Below the pieces are notes generated by a model. It saw nothing but the letters and a program-made list of their open reading frames with translations. It was not told where the DNA came from and searched no databases. A DNA stretch of 64,000 nucleotides, from the NCBI GenBank assembly GCA_002633005.1, contig NMRA01000048.1:562303-626302 (forward strand). The letters run 5' to 3'. Below are positions 22,101 through 33,400 of the stretch, in pieces; position 1 is the stretch's first letter, and each line of letters begins with the position of its first letter. The stretch is from Phoronis australis. Lineage: Eukaryota; Animalia; Phoronida. The position numbers and the translations under genes were made by a program.

Positions 22101-25100
22101 CCCCACATGGACTAATTGCCATACACTTGTTCAAAGTGAAAACGTACTATCGGTATTTGACCATCGAATTACCTCAGAATCAAATACCAAGTTGGACCTA
22201 CAGAACCAATTAGTACTGTTGCTATCACTTAAATTCCTCATATGCACAAAAAGTGGTCAACAATGCAAAAATAGGGGTATTATTAGTCGTGCTCAATGAA
22301 GTACAAAATCACAGAAAGACACAGGAAAAATGCAAAAAGACTATCATGAATGGGCCTAATGCGTTGGAAAAGGTTTGGGGGTTCAAAAGAGCTTATACTG
22401 GTTTTATACAACAAAACAACACTGAGTGTCACTCACCCATACTGTGATGGCTCATCTACAATCTTCATTGGAATCTTTCTTGATTCCAACCTGGCATGAT
22501 GCACTGTAAGTACAAGACCAATGTAGGAATGAATCTATATTCCATCAAAAGTCAGCCATGATGGCATTATTCGTGACTCTGAACTGAGCTCAGCAGCTAC
22601 AAGCAGAATGTATGCACAGCATACAAGCAGAATGTATTCATAGTACACAAGCAGAATGTGTGCACAGCATACAAGCAGAATGTATGCACAGCATACAAGC
22701 AGAATGTTTTCACAGCATACAAGCAGAATATATTCATAGTACACAAGCAGAATGTGTGCACAGCATACAAGCAGAATGTATGCACAGCATACAAGAAGAA
22801 TGTATTACCAGCATACAAGCAGAATGTATTCACAGCATACAAGCAGAATGTATTCACAGCACACAAGCAGAATGTATTCACAGCACACAAGCAGAATGTA
22901 TTCACAGCACACAAGCAGAATGTATTCACAGCACACAAGCAGAATGTATTCACAGCACACAAGCAGAATGTATTCACAGCATACAAGAAGAATGTATTAC
23001 CAGCATACAAGCAGAATGTATGCACAGCATACAAGATTTTGTTGAATACACGACACTTTTCATTTTTCACGGTCTTTATTCTGTTGCGTTCATACTTTCT
23101 GAACAAAACTCTACTCTCTACTGAACATAGATACAGTAACTGACCTAGCGACATAATTAAAAAGACACACGATATTTCGAAACATACTTACATATATAGT
23201 GTCGTGTATTCAACAAATTCTGTATAACAGAAAACTTGCTCCCGAAGTACAGACAGCATACAAGCAGAATGTATGCACAGTATACAAGGCCCTACTGTGT
23301 TTGTGACCTAGATGTTTCACATTTTGAATGGTAAAATATTTATAAAAACCTGACATCATTGTGCCCACTACTAAATCTTCTGTCCAAGGTATGACAACAT
23401 TAAGATGTGTTGCAAAGTTCACTTAAGTAGAGACATAGAGAAAATATTTCTTTATTTAATCTGTAATGGGGACTGGAAGCCTGCAAGAATATGATTAGTG
23501 CAACCAGTTTAGAGATTCAGCCTAACTTTTTGAAGATAGCAAAACTGGAAACAGTGATGAAGGGTTTGCTGTACGTTTCTCTTAAGGTACATAGTGAAAT
23601 GACATTATTTCAAAACATTTGCAAATCTTGCCATGCAATACCATTGCTTCAAGGTACTCTCTTACTGAAATTACACTTGTGAAATAAATGTCTGACTAAG
23701 TATAGATTGATGAAACGCTGACTGAAAAGAGCACTCGTATATGCACATGTGCAAAGGTAAGGTTTCCAACTATAGCAACAACTCAGTCAAAACATCCGTA
23801 TAAATATATTTTTGGAATTGACATGAGCAATGATTCTTTTCTTATTCAATGTCATCTCTACATTTAAAACTCAATCTTATATAACTTGATGCATTGATAA
23901 TTTAGAAAACGATGAAAGTGCTATGAACAAAATAAAAAATGATTGGGATATGCTAACTTGCAGTGTTTGAAATGGTGCAATCAAGATGGAACACGAAGAT
24001 TCAAGAAACTACAAAATCGCGAGTAACTCCGCTGAATTTCTTGAAAATCAACTTTGAATACTTTTCTGTTGATTACTTTATATGACTTCTAAGACCAACA
24101 TTCTTTGACAACCTTCCGCAGCCTTTTCCCGTGGCATAGTTATACCTTGATTCAAACCAAAATGTTCTCAATATTATGACAGCTTCAGCCAAAATTCAAG
24201 AGCAAGCATTGTTTCCCGTCATAATTTTCTAGTTTAATGTATTATCCATAAGACAATAAGAATAGCAATTATTTGGTAAAAAGTTACAGATGAAAAGAAA
24301 TATAGAAAATAAAATCTTGGCACTAGCCACAAGTGCGGGTCATGAGTATGCATTCCAGCAAATCAGTGAGCAGTCATGTAGCCTAGACCTTCGCTTCTCG
24401 AGTGAATTGGGTTTTACAGGTCTGGCTCAAAAACTTGTGCAAATAATCATTAGTTTTCAATCACAACATGCAACCTATCCATTCTTTTTACGAGCCATGT
24501 TTTTATCCAGAAAGATTTTAGTCACTGGCAATGACCCATATTGTCACATTGACAGCTAGAGAAATGTAAAAAATATAAGTAACTTTCACTGACACCAATC
24601 AAGGTGGGATAAACATTTTCGGAAATTTCTACAAAACTAATTCAATTTGAATGCCTAATATCACTGACTGCACACTACAGAATAAGAAACACCAAGTAGG
24701 GCTCGACTAGGCGACCTGCAGGTTGCCAATGCGACCTCAGATTTTGTTTGAACAATCCCAGGTTGTCATCAAGTTGCAATGTCATATCTGAGCACCAATC
24801 AAAATACTAAACAAAGTAAACAAACAAGTTGGAATCTTTTGTCAAAAATGGAAAGAGCCCCATCACCTCAGGAGGTGAACCTCTGCGCCAGATGTTGGAA
24901 TTAAGAGAGTGGAATTGGTACTAGTAGTCACCGAGCACAGCAAGCACTCACAATTTTCTGTTTGAGGAAATTTATGTAGTGAACCGCGCTCTAGCGAATC
25001 TATGGTAGTGACGTCACGCGGAAGTTACGCCACATCCCGGGTGTTTTCAGAATCCCTGTAGAGCAGCAGTTCAGAGTTAGGGAGTTGCCGCCGTGAAGTC

Positions 25101-28100
25101 TGATGGTTCAGATGAGCTATTGCTGTGTGTGTGACTTGGAATAGTCACTGTGTACATACGTGACGATTAGCTTGAAGAGTTCAGAGTGGGCTGAGGGAAG
25201 CTGAACTGAGGTAAGACCGTTCTAGTAGGTTTAGACATACTGGCTTCGTACTTGGAACTTGCCAGAGACCAGACGTGTTCTCACAGACTCGTATCTCATA
25301 ATTTGCTTTTCAAGTGGTTTTGCTGTGTCAGGGACCAGAACATATCCAGTTAAATAAGCTGTCTTCTAAGAGTAACGGGGTCAGGGCGGCACAAAACATT
25401 TTGGTAGCAGCGGTGTTAGTATTCTCAAATGAGTACTGAAATTTGGGAACCCGGTGCCGAACAAAGGACCACGCGGGAAGGCAGCCATATTGTATTTTCA
25501 AATTTTTGAATTCGGTTTTCTTTCTAACTCTGTAGTTTTTGTTGTCAGGTTCAATTCCTGAGACAGGGTAATTAGAGTACAGAAAGGGTAGTTTGGAAAA
25601 GAAGTAGAGATTAGCGTATTTTGAGAAAACTTTGGATATTAAGTCTGTGAGTAGGAAACCTCTGATTCGAAGTAGCACCGAGTAGGGCGGCTATTTTTAT
25701 TGGATTATCAAAAGTGGTGGAACGTCAGAGAATATTTAACGGGCTTCTTAATATTTCTAGGTGTGTTTCAGGGTTGCATTCGTTTACAACTGCTGGATTT
25801 ATTTTGCACTTTTTTTGAATTTTTAGGGTTGTTTTGTGGCAAAATTGATTGGAACAAGGGTTGTAGTATAATAACTTTGCCTTTAATTGTTTGTGCTCAA
25901 AACTCTCTGTGCTTCAAGCGAGTTGGGAAATTTAAGTATATGCACATTGCTTAATTGTTATATTCGTGTGGTCATGGATCACTTTAGGATCACTGCATTT
26001 GATGAAAGAGAGGGGAGAGAAGGTGACGAGAGACACGTCCAAAGGAAACGATGTGGACCAAATTCATCGCTCCCAAAAGATGAGAGGGATCATTTCGCTC
26101 AAATTTGTCTGATGAGGATAGGCATGAGACGACCTCGAGACTTCGGGGAGGCAATTGTAGTCCAGTAACAGAGGATTCAGGGTACAAGACAGACGAAAAC
26201 GTGTTGAGTCAATGTCCAAGGGTGACGATGGCAACTGAAGACGAGCGAACAGATGTTCCCAATACGATGCACGATAGAGAACATCCAACAGGTGGCGAAC
26301 AGTTATACCACAGTGGTGATGTTCCTTGTGAGAGTCTAAATAGGCAAGGAAGGCAGAAACCAAATGTTTCATATCAGTGCAGACCAGAGGGGATGTATGC
26401 GTAGTCTAATGTGCTTCTGGTGCCAAAGCATGTTCGATTTAGCGGTTACGGAAACTATTACATGTTTAGGTTGCTGTTCTGTAGATGGGTGCAGGCACAT
26501 CGCGTTCATGGTGATGAAGCGGTGGATTTTTTCATCACGTGTCTGGACGGCCAAGCGCTTGAGTTCGTGGTAGAACAGGTGGAAGCGGATAACAAAGTAA
26601 CCCTTGAGGGAGGTCCTAGACCTATTAGATGCATTCTATTATGAAAGTACAAGTGCTGAAACCGCAAGCTGTAATCTATGCTTGGCAAAGCTGGAGGTTG
26701 ATGAACCGGTAGGTGAGTGGACTATGAGAGTGTCTTTACTTGCGCTACGTGCACTTGGAATGTACAGAGAGGCCATTGCATTTCAGACAAGGAATGTGGA
26801 GAATTTGTGCCGCTGAGGAGTCCTAGAACCATAGCGGAAGCGAAAGCATTGATGGTGCAGAAAATGCAAGTGAGACTACACATGCAACTGGGATCAGCAT
26901 GCCATGCGTCAGCATTTTCAGGGTCAACACCAGCACAACCAGAGGGAACACCAAATGTCACAGTGGACAATGGCTTACCAGAAAAATGTCCTAGTGTGTC
27001 TAGCCCCAGTGCAACAAGGCCAAATACAGGGAGTGAGTTTGCTGAATTCATTGGAGTTGTTAGCAAACAAAATGAACTGCTGGGAGAGCTTGTGGAGAGA
27101 TCAGTTAGGGATACTTGTGGACATCCTGGTGCGAAATCAGCGGAAATGCCAATGGGATAAGGTTCAAGAAAAAGTAACGGACAGGGACGTGACTATGACT
27201 GCCGTCGTTATATGGCTCAAGTGCGGAAATGTTTCCGTTGTAACCAAGAGGGTCACTTGGTGGTGCAGTGTCCTCGGACGAAAAGACGTTTGATTCAACA
27301 ATCTCCAGACTCGACAGAAACCTGCGAAGGAGTTGTGTCTTTGAGAGACCAACGTGAGGCCAGAACAGTAAATGCAAGCAGGTATATGGTGGGGCCTATT
27401 TTTAATTGTTACCGTGCAGAAATTGGTAGCAGTGGTGGCAATCCAAGTAGGCCTGGGCGAAAGGAGAGTTTCCGGTGCAAGGAAGTTGGTCACTTCATAA
27501 CACATTGTCCTGCAGCAGACATAGGTCATCAGAACCAACCGACGTCAACGTCCAGAGGGACTGACGAGGAACTACGGTGATGTTCAAGCAACAGTTGATG
27601 GTTTTATATGCAATGGTGATGACTGGGGTATGTAAATGGATGTGAATGTAAGTAGGGAAACATTTCAGATGTTGCTTAAATTCTGTGCATAAGGTTTGTA
27701 CGTAAGTGCAAGGGTTGGTGCAACTGGTTTTATTAACAGTTTACACAATTTGGTGCATAGAGAGTGGGTTTTCGAGAGTGTTTCAAAGAATGGGAGAATT
27801 GGATAAAACATAATCGAAATGCATTAAATAGTACTGTGTAATGATCACTATGAATGTTTTTAAAAGGTTTGGTTGGTACAATGCTGAGACCTCGGACATT
27901 CTCATTCAAGTGGATGGTGAAAGTGCAATGAGGGCATGAAACCAACGGGAATAAAGGACCTTCTGCAGTCACGAAAACGGGTGTGGTATCTGCACAATTT
28001 AACCAGGTCTCAGATGATGAAGGTCGCAGGAAGAAGATGGCCAGCAGGGAAATGTTTACCATTTGAGTGGCTGGGGAACTTCCTGGTTGAGCGGCCGATG

Positions 28101-30015
28101 GATACAGCGTCTTCCAGTGACAGAGGAGCTGAAGTGGTACGTGGGAAGCCGGCGTCGAAGGGAGCGTCGGTGGCGAACTCGCCGGGGGTGAATCCCCATT
28201 CCAAGGGAAAGCCACTGCAAGCGGGAAGCCGGCGTTGAAAGGGGCGTCGGTGGCGAGTTTGGCGTCAGTCCCATCTCGTCGGGGGTTAATCCCTTTCCTG
28301 ACAAGAAGACACGTTGATACAACCATGGGAGTCACCACATCAGTGCCTGATGAGAGTTACGAGGGTGAGTACTCAAGGAATAATTTAGCATCCTTATTTC
28401 ATAAAGGGGAAAATGAGGAAAAGGAGGGAGGGAAAATACATACAAATCCGTGAGAAGGAAGGTGGAGCAAAAGCTAAGACTTCGTTTTGTGTGTGTATTT
28501 CCACTCAATATGTGTGTAAATTGTTCAGTTACTACTTTTGTATTTACTATTGTTTTCATTTTTTGGAAATAAGCTTTTGCAGCTAAGAAGCACAGTCTCC
28601 GGCAATGAGGTATTCAATTACAAAAAGAACCTGTAATGTTTTGATAAACATATAGCAGATATATTACTCATGCATACCAGTTAGTGCAAGACTATAGATT
28701 AATTGATTCTGAGTAAAGGAAGTTCTATATATGGTATTACCACTTCCATTGTAAGAATTGCATGCTGCTTAGTCATTGTTATATATAAGCCACCTTGTAG
28801 AGAAGTTAGTTAGTTCCAATAAAGTATTTGACACAGCAACTCTTATATTCTGACTTCGTAATATCAGAATATTACAGAACCGAAGAAACCAGGAACATCC
28901 TCCTTCAAATAGGGTTGAGAGGAAATGTAGTGAACCGCGCTCCAGCGAATCTATGGTAGTGATGTCACGGGTTACGTGACATCCTGGGTGTTTTCAGAAT
29001 CCCTGTAGAGCAGCAGTTCAGAGTTAGGGAGTTGCCGCCGTGAAATCTGAGGGTTGAGATGAGCTATTTGTGTGTATGACTTGGAATAGTCACTGTGTAC
29101 ATACGTGTTTATCTGTATATTAGCTTGTAGAATTCAGAGTGGGCTGAGGGAAGCTGAACCGAGGTAAGATCGTTCTAGTAGGTTTAAACATACTGGCTTC
29201 GTACTTGAGACTCACCAGAGACAAGACGTATATCCAACCATCATTAGTGCTTCACTTTTCTTTACGGTGTCAGAGACTAGAATATATCCAGTTAGGTAAG
29301 CTGTCTTCTATATACATGTATCTAATATACTAGAGTATCAGAGACTAGAATATATCCAGTTAGGTAAGCAGTATACATGTATCTAATATACTAGAGTATC
29401 ATGGTAAGAGCGGCACACAACATTTATAACAATGTGACTTTGATGTTTCAGCCGGTGCGAGGCATAATTCGCCGAAAAGCTTCCGGCGTATGGAGCCCCT
29501 ATAGGAGCTTCATCGCCTTGTTGTAATAGTCAACATCATTCGTCCTTGTCCTTGTCCTGTGCTGTCCTGTGATTCGTAAATATGATAGTTTCCCGGATGG
29601 CACCAGCATAAAAACATCACCAAACCCGGGAACTTGACCTGTCACATCTGGACCTTGGTGAAAGCTGGTTGTGTAGGCTTTTAGCCGTACAGATTGGCCG
29701 TACATTGTAAGTACTCTCCGTGAGGCATAACTAGTGAACCGGTGCAGTAATACAACAGCCTCAACTGGTAAGGTCAGCAGAGGTGATGCATATTGCCTAG
29801 GCAGGAGCAAGCACAGCCTAATAATAGTAACTGAGTCTTAGGTCGAAGGGCCTTGGGATACCCAGACTCCAAAGGTGGTGTCATTGACGAAAGAAAAAAC
29901 TTAATGCAAAGAAATCTTACAGGTTTCCTTAGTCGATTTAACACCAACCTCACTGAACCTTACCCGCGTTAGCAAGAGCACACATAAGTATGTACAACTT
30001 TACTTTTCCATCCAT
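16129..30015 (-). CDS. GNPTG: N-acetylglucosamine-1-phosphotransferase subunit gamma, complement(join(16129..16193,17132..17210,18146..18301,19234..19431,20163..20259,20606..20689,21825..21959,22437..22503,29964..30015)), ~310 aa
   Basis: Signal-peptide-like exon [17 protein letters not shown], then [89 protein letters not shown] (MRH/PRKCSH domain, matching the vertebrate GNPTG sequence as I recall it). GT-AG phases are consistent. The last exon is least certain. Confidence 0.93.
16581..16799. repeat. 70-bp tandem repeat, 3 copies
   Basis: ATATCCACAC recurs at 16581, 16651, 16721 and (ATATCCACA) 16791. Confidence 0.9.
18925..19164. repeat. 80-bp tandem repeat, 3 copies
   Basis: Unit CTGATTGTATTGTGTGTTACACGGCAGTAAATATATTGCTTGAACTCGTGACACAGTCACCAAACAGCTGGTCAATAATA. 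Confidence 0.9.
20925..21090 (+). mobile_element. tRNA-derived SINE
   Basis: A-box-like TGGTCCTGATGG and canonical B-box GGTTCGAGTCC; no complete cloverleaf. Confidence 0.55.
22599..23035. repeat. 24-bp minisatellite (~18 copies)
   Basis: Unit ACAAGCAGAATGTA(TT/TG)CACAGCA(T/C); an outlying copy lies near 23255. Confidence 0.95.
24975..29422 (+). mobile_element. Non-autonomous Gypsy-type LTR retrotransposon (decayed gag, no pol) in GNPTG intron 1
   Basis: LTRs TG..CA at 24975-25398 and 28926-29422; 4-bp TSD TTTA (24971-24974, 29423-29426). PBS TGGTAGCAGCGGTG follows the 5' LTR and purine-rich AAATAGGGTTGAGAGGAAA precedes the 3' LTR. Zinc knuckle [14 protein letters not shown] at ~27230. Confidence 0.9.
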
Positions 30016-30361
30016 GCTGAACCGGAAACTAAAGCAAAACCTCAATAAAACTCTCAAATCCAAAAATCTAAAAGAATTTTTATGTGTGAAAGGCATTCAT
30101 TGGCTAAATTAGCAGCTAAGACCCCGCATTTTTTTTTATTTTGTGTTTTAGTTACAAAAAACACGTATTTGACATAAAATACTATTAACTGGAAAAAGAT
30201 ATACCAAACTTAAGGCCAATAGGTCAAAGGGCAGTTGATCAGTTGTTGAGCTGATCGGTTGATAACCAGGTTCCCGGGCCTCACAAGCTGACATCACGGA
30301 TAGCTTGTGACCAATCTAGAGGGGTCTGTGCAGGAGACTAATCGGTTGATAACCTGAACGG
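30016..30361. promoter_or_regulatory. Putative bidirectional promoter between GNPTG and reductase copy 1
   Basis: Head-to-head start codons 346 bp apart. ETS core CCGGAA at 30022-30027, AGGTCA-type direct repeats at 30213-30233, duplicated ATCGGTTGATAACC. Confidence 0.55.
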
Positions 30362-30415
30362 ATGTACCGGGAGTTTTTAAAACATTATAACCAAGATTCA
30401 GAAAGCGGCGGCAAC

Positions 30416-33400
30416 ATGCCTGCTCTGAAAGTTGTTATGTTTCTGGGTAGCGTTAGAGAAGGAAGATTTGCCGACAGAGTTGGGAAATTTATGCGCAATT
30501 ATTTGGAAAAAACCGGCCATTCAGTGGATGTTTTAGGTATGTGCGGGTGAACTACGGAGTGAAGTTTTGTTTATCTAACACTACTCAATCCATAACCGAA
30601 TCGTATGTCTGAGTGAACAGAAACGATCGAGCCTAGTGTGTGTTCAAAACTGAAAAGTTTCGCTTTGAAGACGCCGTCACCAGGCTGACCACTACTGTAC
30701 AGAACTGCAGCTCAGTAGGTACGTCACTTGACAGTGGCGGATCTAGGATACCATAGGGGGGGGGGNGGGGGGGGGCATGTTGTCCCCGGGGAATCGGGCA
30801 AAGCGCGATTGCATGTGCACAGGCGGCCCGAAAGTCAATTGCGGGGGCCGGGGATGTGCCGGACCTTCTGTCCAGAAAATCTATCGGTGGACGCTTCACG
30901 CTGTTGCTGTTTTACTTTGCTTGCGGCAGCCTGTGGACTGCGCCAAACTCGCCGCGAGTTTGGCGCAGTGGTAAAGATGTTGAATTTGAAAAGGAATCGT
31001 TGCTAAAGTTTGCGAATTAGCAATTAAATTACAAATTCAGTGATTGAGAGTAGTAAAAGCAAATTGAAATTTCTGCTTTCTCTGCCTTTGCTGGAATAGC
31101 AGGGGCTGGTCCAGGATTTCTTGAGTTGGGCCGAGGGGGGGGGGGGTCAGCAGCTAGGCAGACTATTCGCCAGGATTTTGCCATGCAGTCAGACATTCAC
31201 GGGGCCATGGCCCCTTTGGTCCCCCCCCCCCCTGGGTAGGGTCATGCTGACTAGCGCAAAGCCCACCGCGGCCCACCGCGGCAGAACTGGAAAAATGTGC
31301 AGATATCATAATTTTGCTGAATCACCTGTATGTCAATTGATTCAGTAATAGTGGTCTTGTATCACACAATAGTGATCATTTTGTAGTGAATAATGGTCCA
31401 ATAAAATAAGCCTGCAGTGAAATATGTACAGTAACTGTAAACTGCCGCTGCCATGCACATTAGACCTACGCAGATGAACCCCTGTCTTTTTCATTTGTCT
31501 TAACTTTGCTGAGATTCCCCAGCATCCAAAACAGTAGCTAATTGGGGTTCTGAACTACCATGTACTACATTCTTGCTGCTGGCTTAATGTCAAAGATAAG
31601 AAACCCAGGACTTGAAAACCTCGCTGGTCACTGCCTAGTACCTGTTGCTCAGTTAACCTGAGCCCTTTACTCAGTTAACCTAGTGCACCTGGTAGATTTT
31701 TCCAAAACAATATTTTCTCATGAACTAGTTGAGTAAAGTAATCAAGAGAACCCGAAACATTTGTCCTTTTGCATATGTATCTGAAATGGGAAAAATACTC
31801 TGTCATTAATAGTGTGATCGTAAATAATCTTTAAAATGTTAGGGGTCTATGTACTCAGGCAGTTTTTTCTTAAATTTTGTTGGCTGTGATATGAAGTTAT
31901 TCAGCTCTTAATATTCACCCATATCATTAATTAGTCATTCAGAATCCACAGGGAGTAATAAATCAATGATCTTCTCAGCCAGGACCATAAAACTCCTTGT
32001 TAAGCTGTGTTAACTTAGCCTGACCACGGGGGTGACAGTTATATAATAAGAGCAACGTTCACAAACTGCTTTCACTAACCTTTTCATATCAATATCAAAA
32101 GCCTATTGTGTTTCAACAACACCCATAATTTACAACCCTTTGCAAAATTCTAAGCTACTATATGAACTATAGTTAGCCCTTGGGAACCCACTGAACATTA
32201 TAAACTAAGAAGCCATGTTGTTGGCTGAACAATTTGAATTCCATTCCCGTAGAGCAATGGTGTCGTAATTGTTAGATGTTTCAACATGTTCATCTTGCAA
32301 TGTATCTAGAAAATTGAATTGAGAAAAAAACCTCAGGAGTTCCAGTGGTCAAGCATTAAGCCAGACATAATTATAACAATCTATATGAGACCTGCCAGTA
32401 GCGACAACAAACCGCACTTACACCAACACGGGTACGGACTAGTAGAGCGTACGCGTACCAAGACACACAAAATGATTAAAGAGAACGTATGGCGCTAATT
32501 AATCATGAAATTTAAAAACTCGGTAAGATGCTCTCACCGGATTAACATGGACTTTGGCCATTTAGCGGAAGACGACTACCAGGAACTGTTGCCTGGGTAA
32601 TCCGTGAAATGAACTAGCAAATGGTAACCCACCGCGGCACTCAAATGGACGATGTACTACGACCTTTCAGACATATGTTTTCGAATAATTAGTAAGCGAT
32701 TTTCGAGGGAGCAGGCTAGAAAATACATGGCAGATTTTTTTATTGCATCACTACTGAAGCGTCAATACTCGCCGTAACGCCTCGGAGCATTTATCAGTGA
32801 ATAAATCCACGCTGTACGTGAGGTGATGTCACACATCTGAATCCGTAACATTTGAGGTGCGTTCAGTTGCCCTCAGTGCACTGTGCATGGCTGACTCCCC
32901 TTAGAGGTTGATTCGCAAGCATACTTATAATGCCAAAAGTCCACATTCACGACCTCCTTCGGTATGGCAAGGTCTATTCATAAAAAGGTCCCTTGGCTAA
33001 AAAATTAACTTGAACGTATCTCCTTCCAGAATTTCATTCAGCGAGTGAACAATTTATTGCCTAACTATAGCGCAGAGGGAGGAATAATAAGGCGTTCAAA
33101 ATTCTTAATAATCTCAGCAAACCTGACGGACCACACTTACTAGTGGATATCTGTGTGCTTTCCATGAAAAGAAAAATACAAAACTACTGGATAGTAGAAT
33201 CGGTCTTTATTACACGCCTTGCAGAACGATGCAAAGTAGCCATAATCAGGGGTTTCGAAATCTTGAGACACATCTTTGGCCAAGCTGATGAACACGCTAT
33301 AAGGATGCCGAGTGACTAGTAGCTGCAGGAAGTTGCTGGCATTCGAACTAGTCAAAAGTTTGCATATTGCAAACAATCGCTTGACTTAATGTTCTTCCAT

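Noticed and set aside
22597-23154. Repetitive ORFs (QAECIHS.., FCLYAV..) and a CRISPR-like appearance
   Set aside because: 24-bp head-to-tail minisatellite with no unique spacers and no cas genes; eukaryotic intron.
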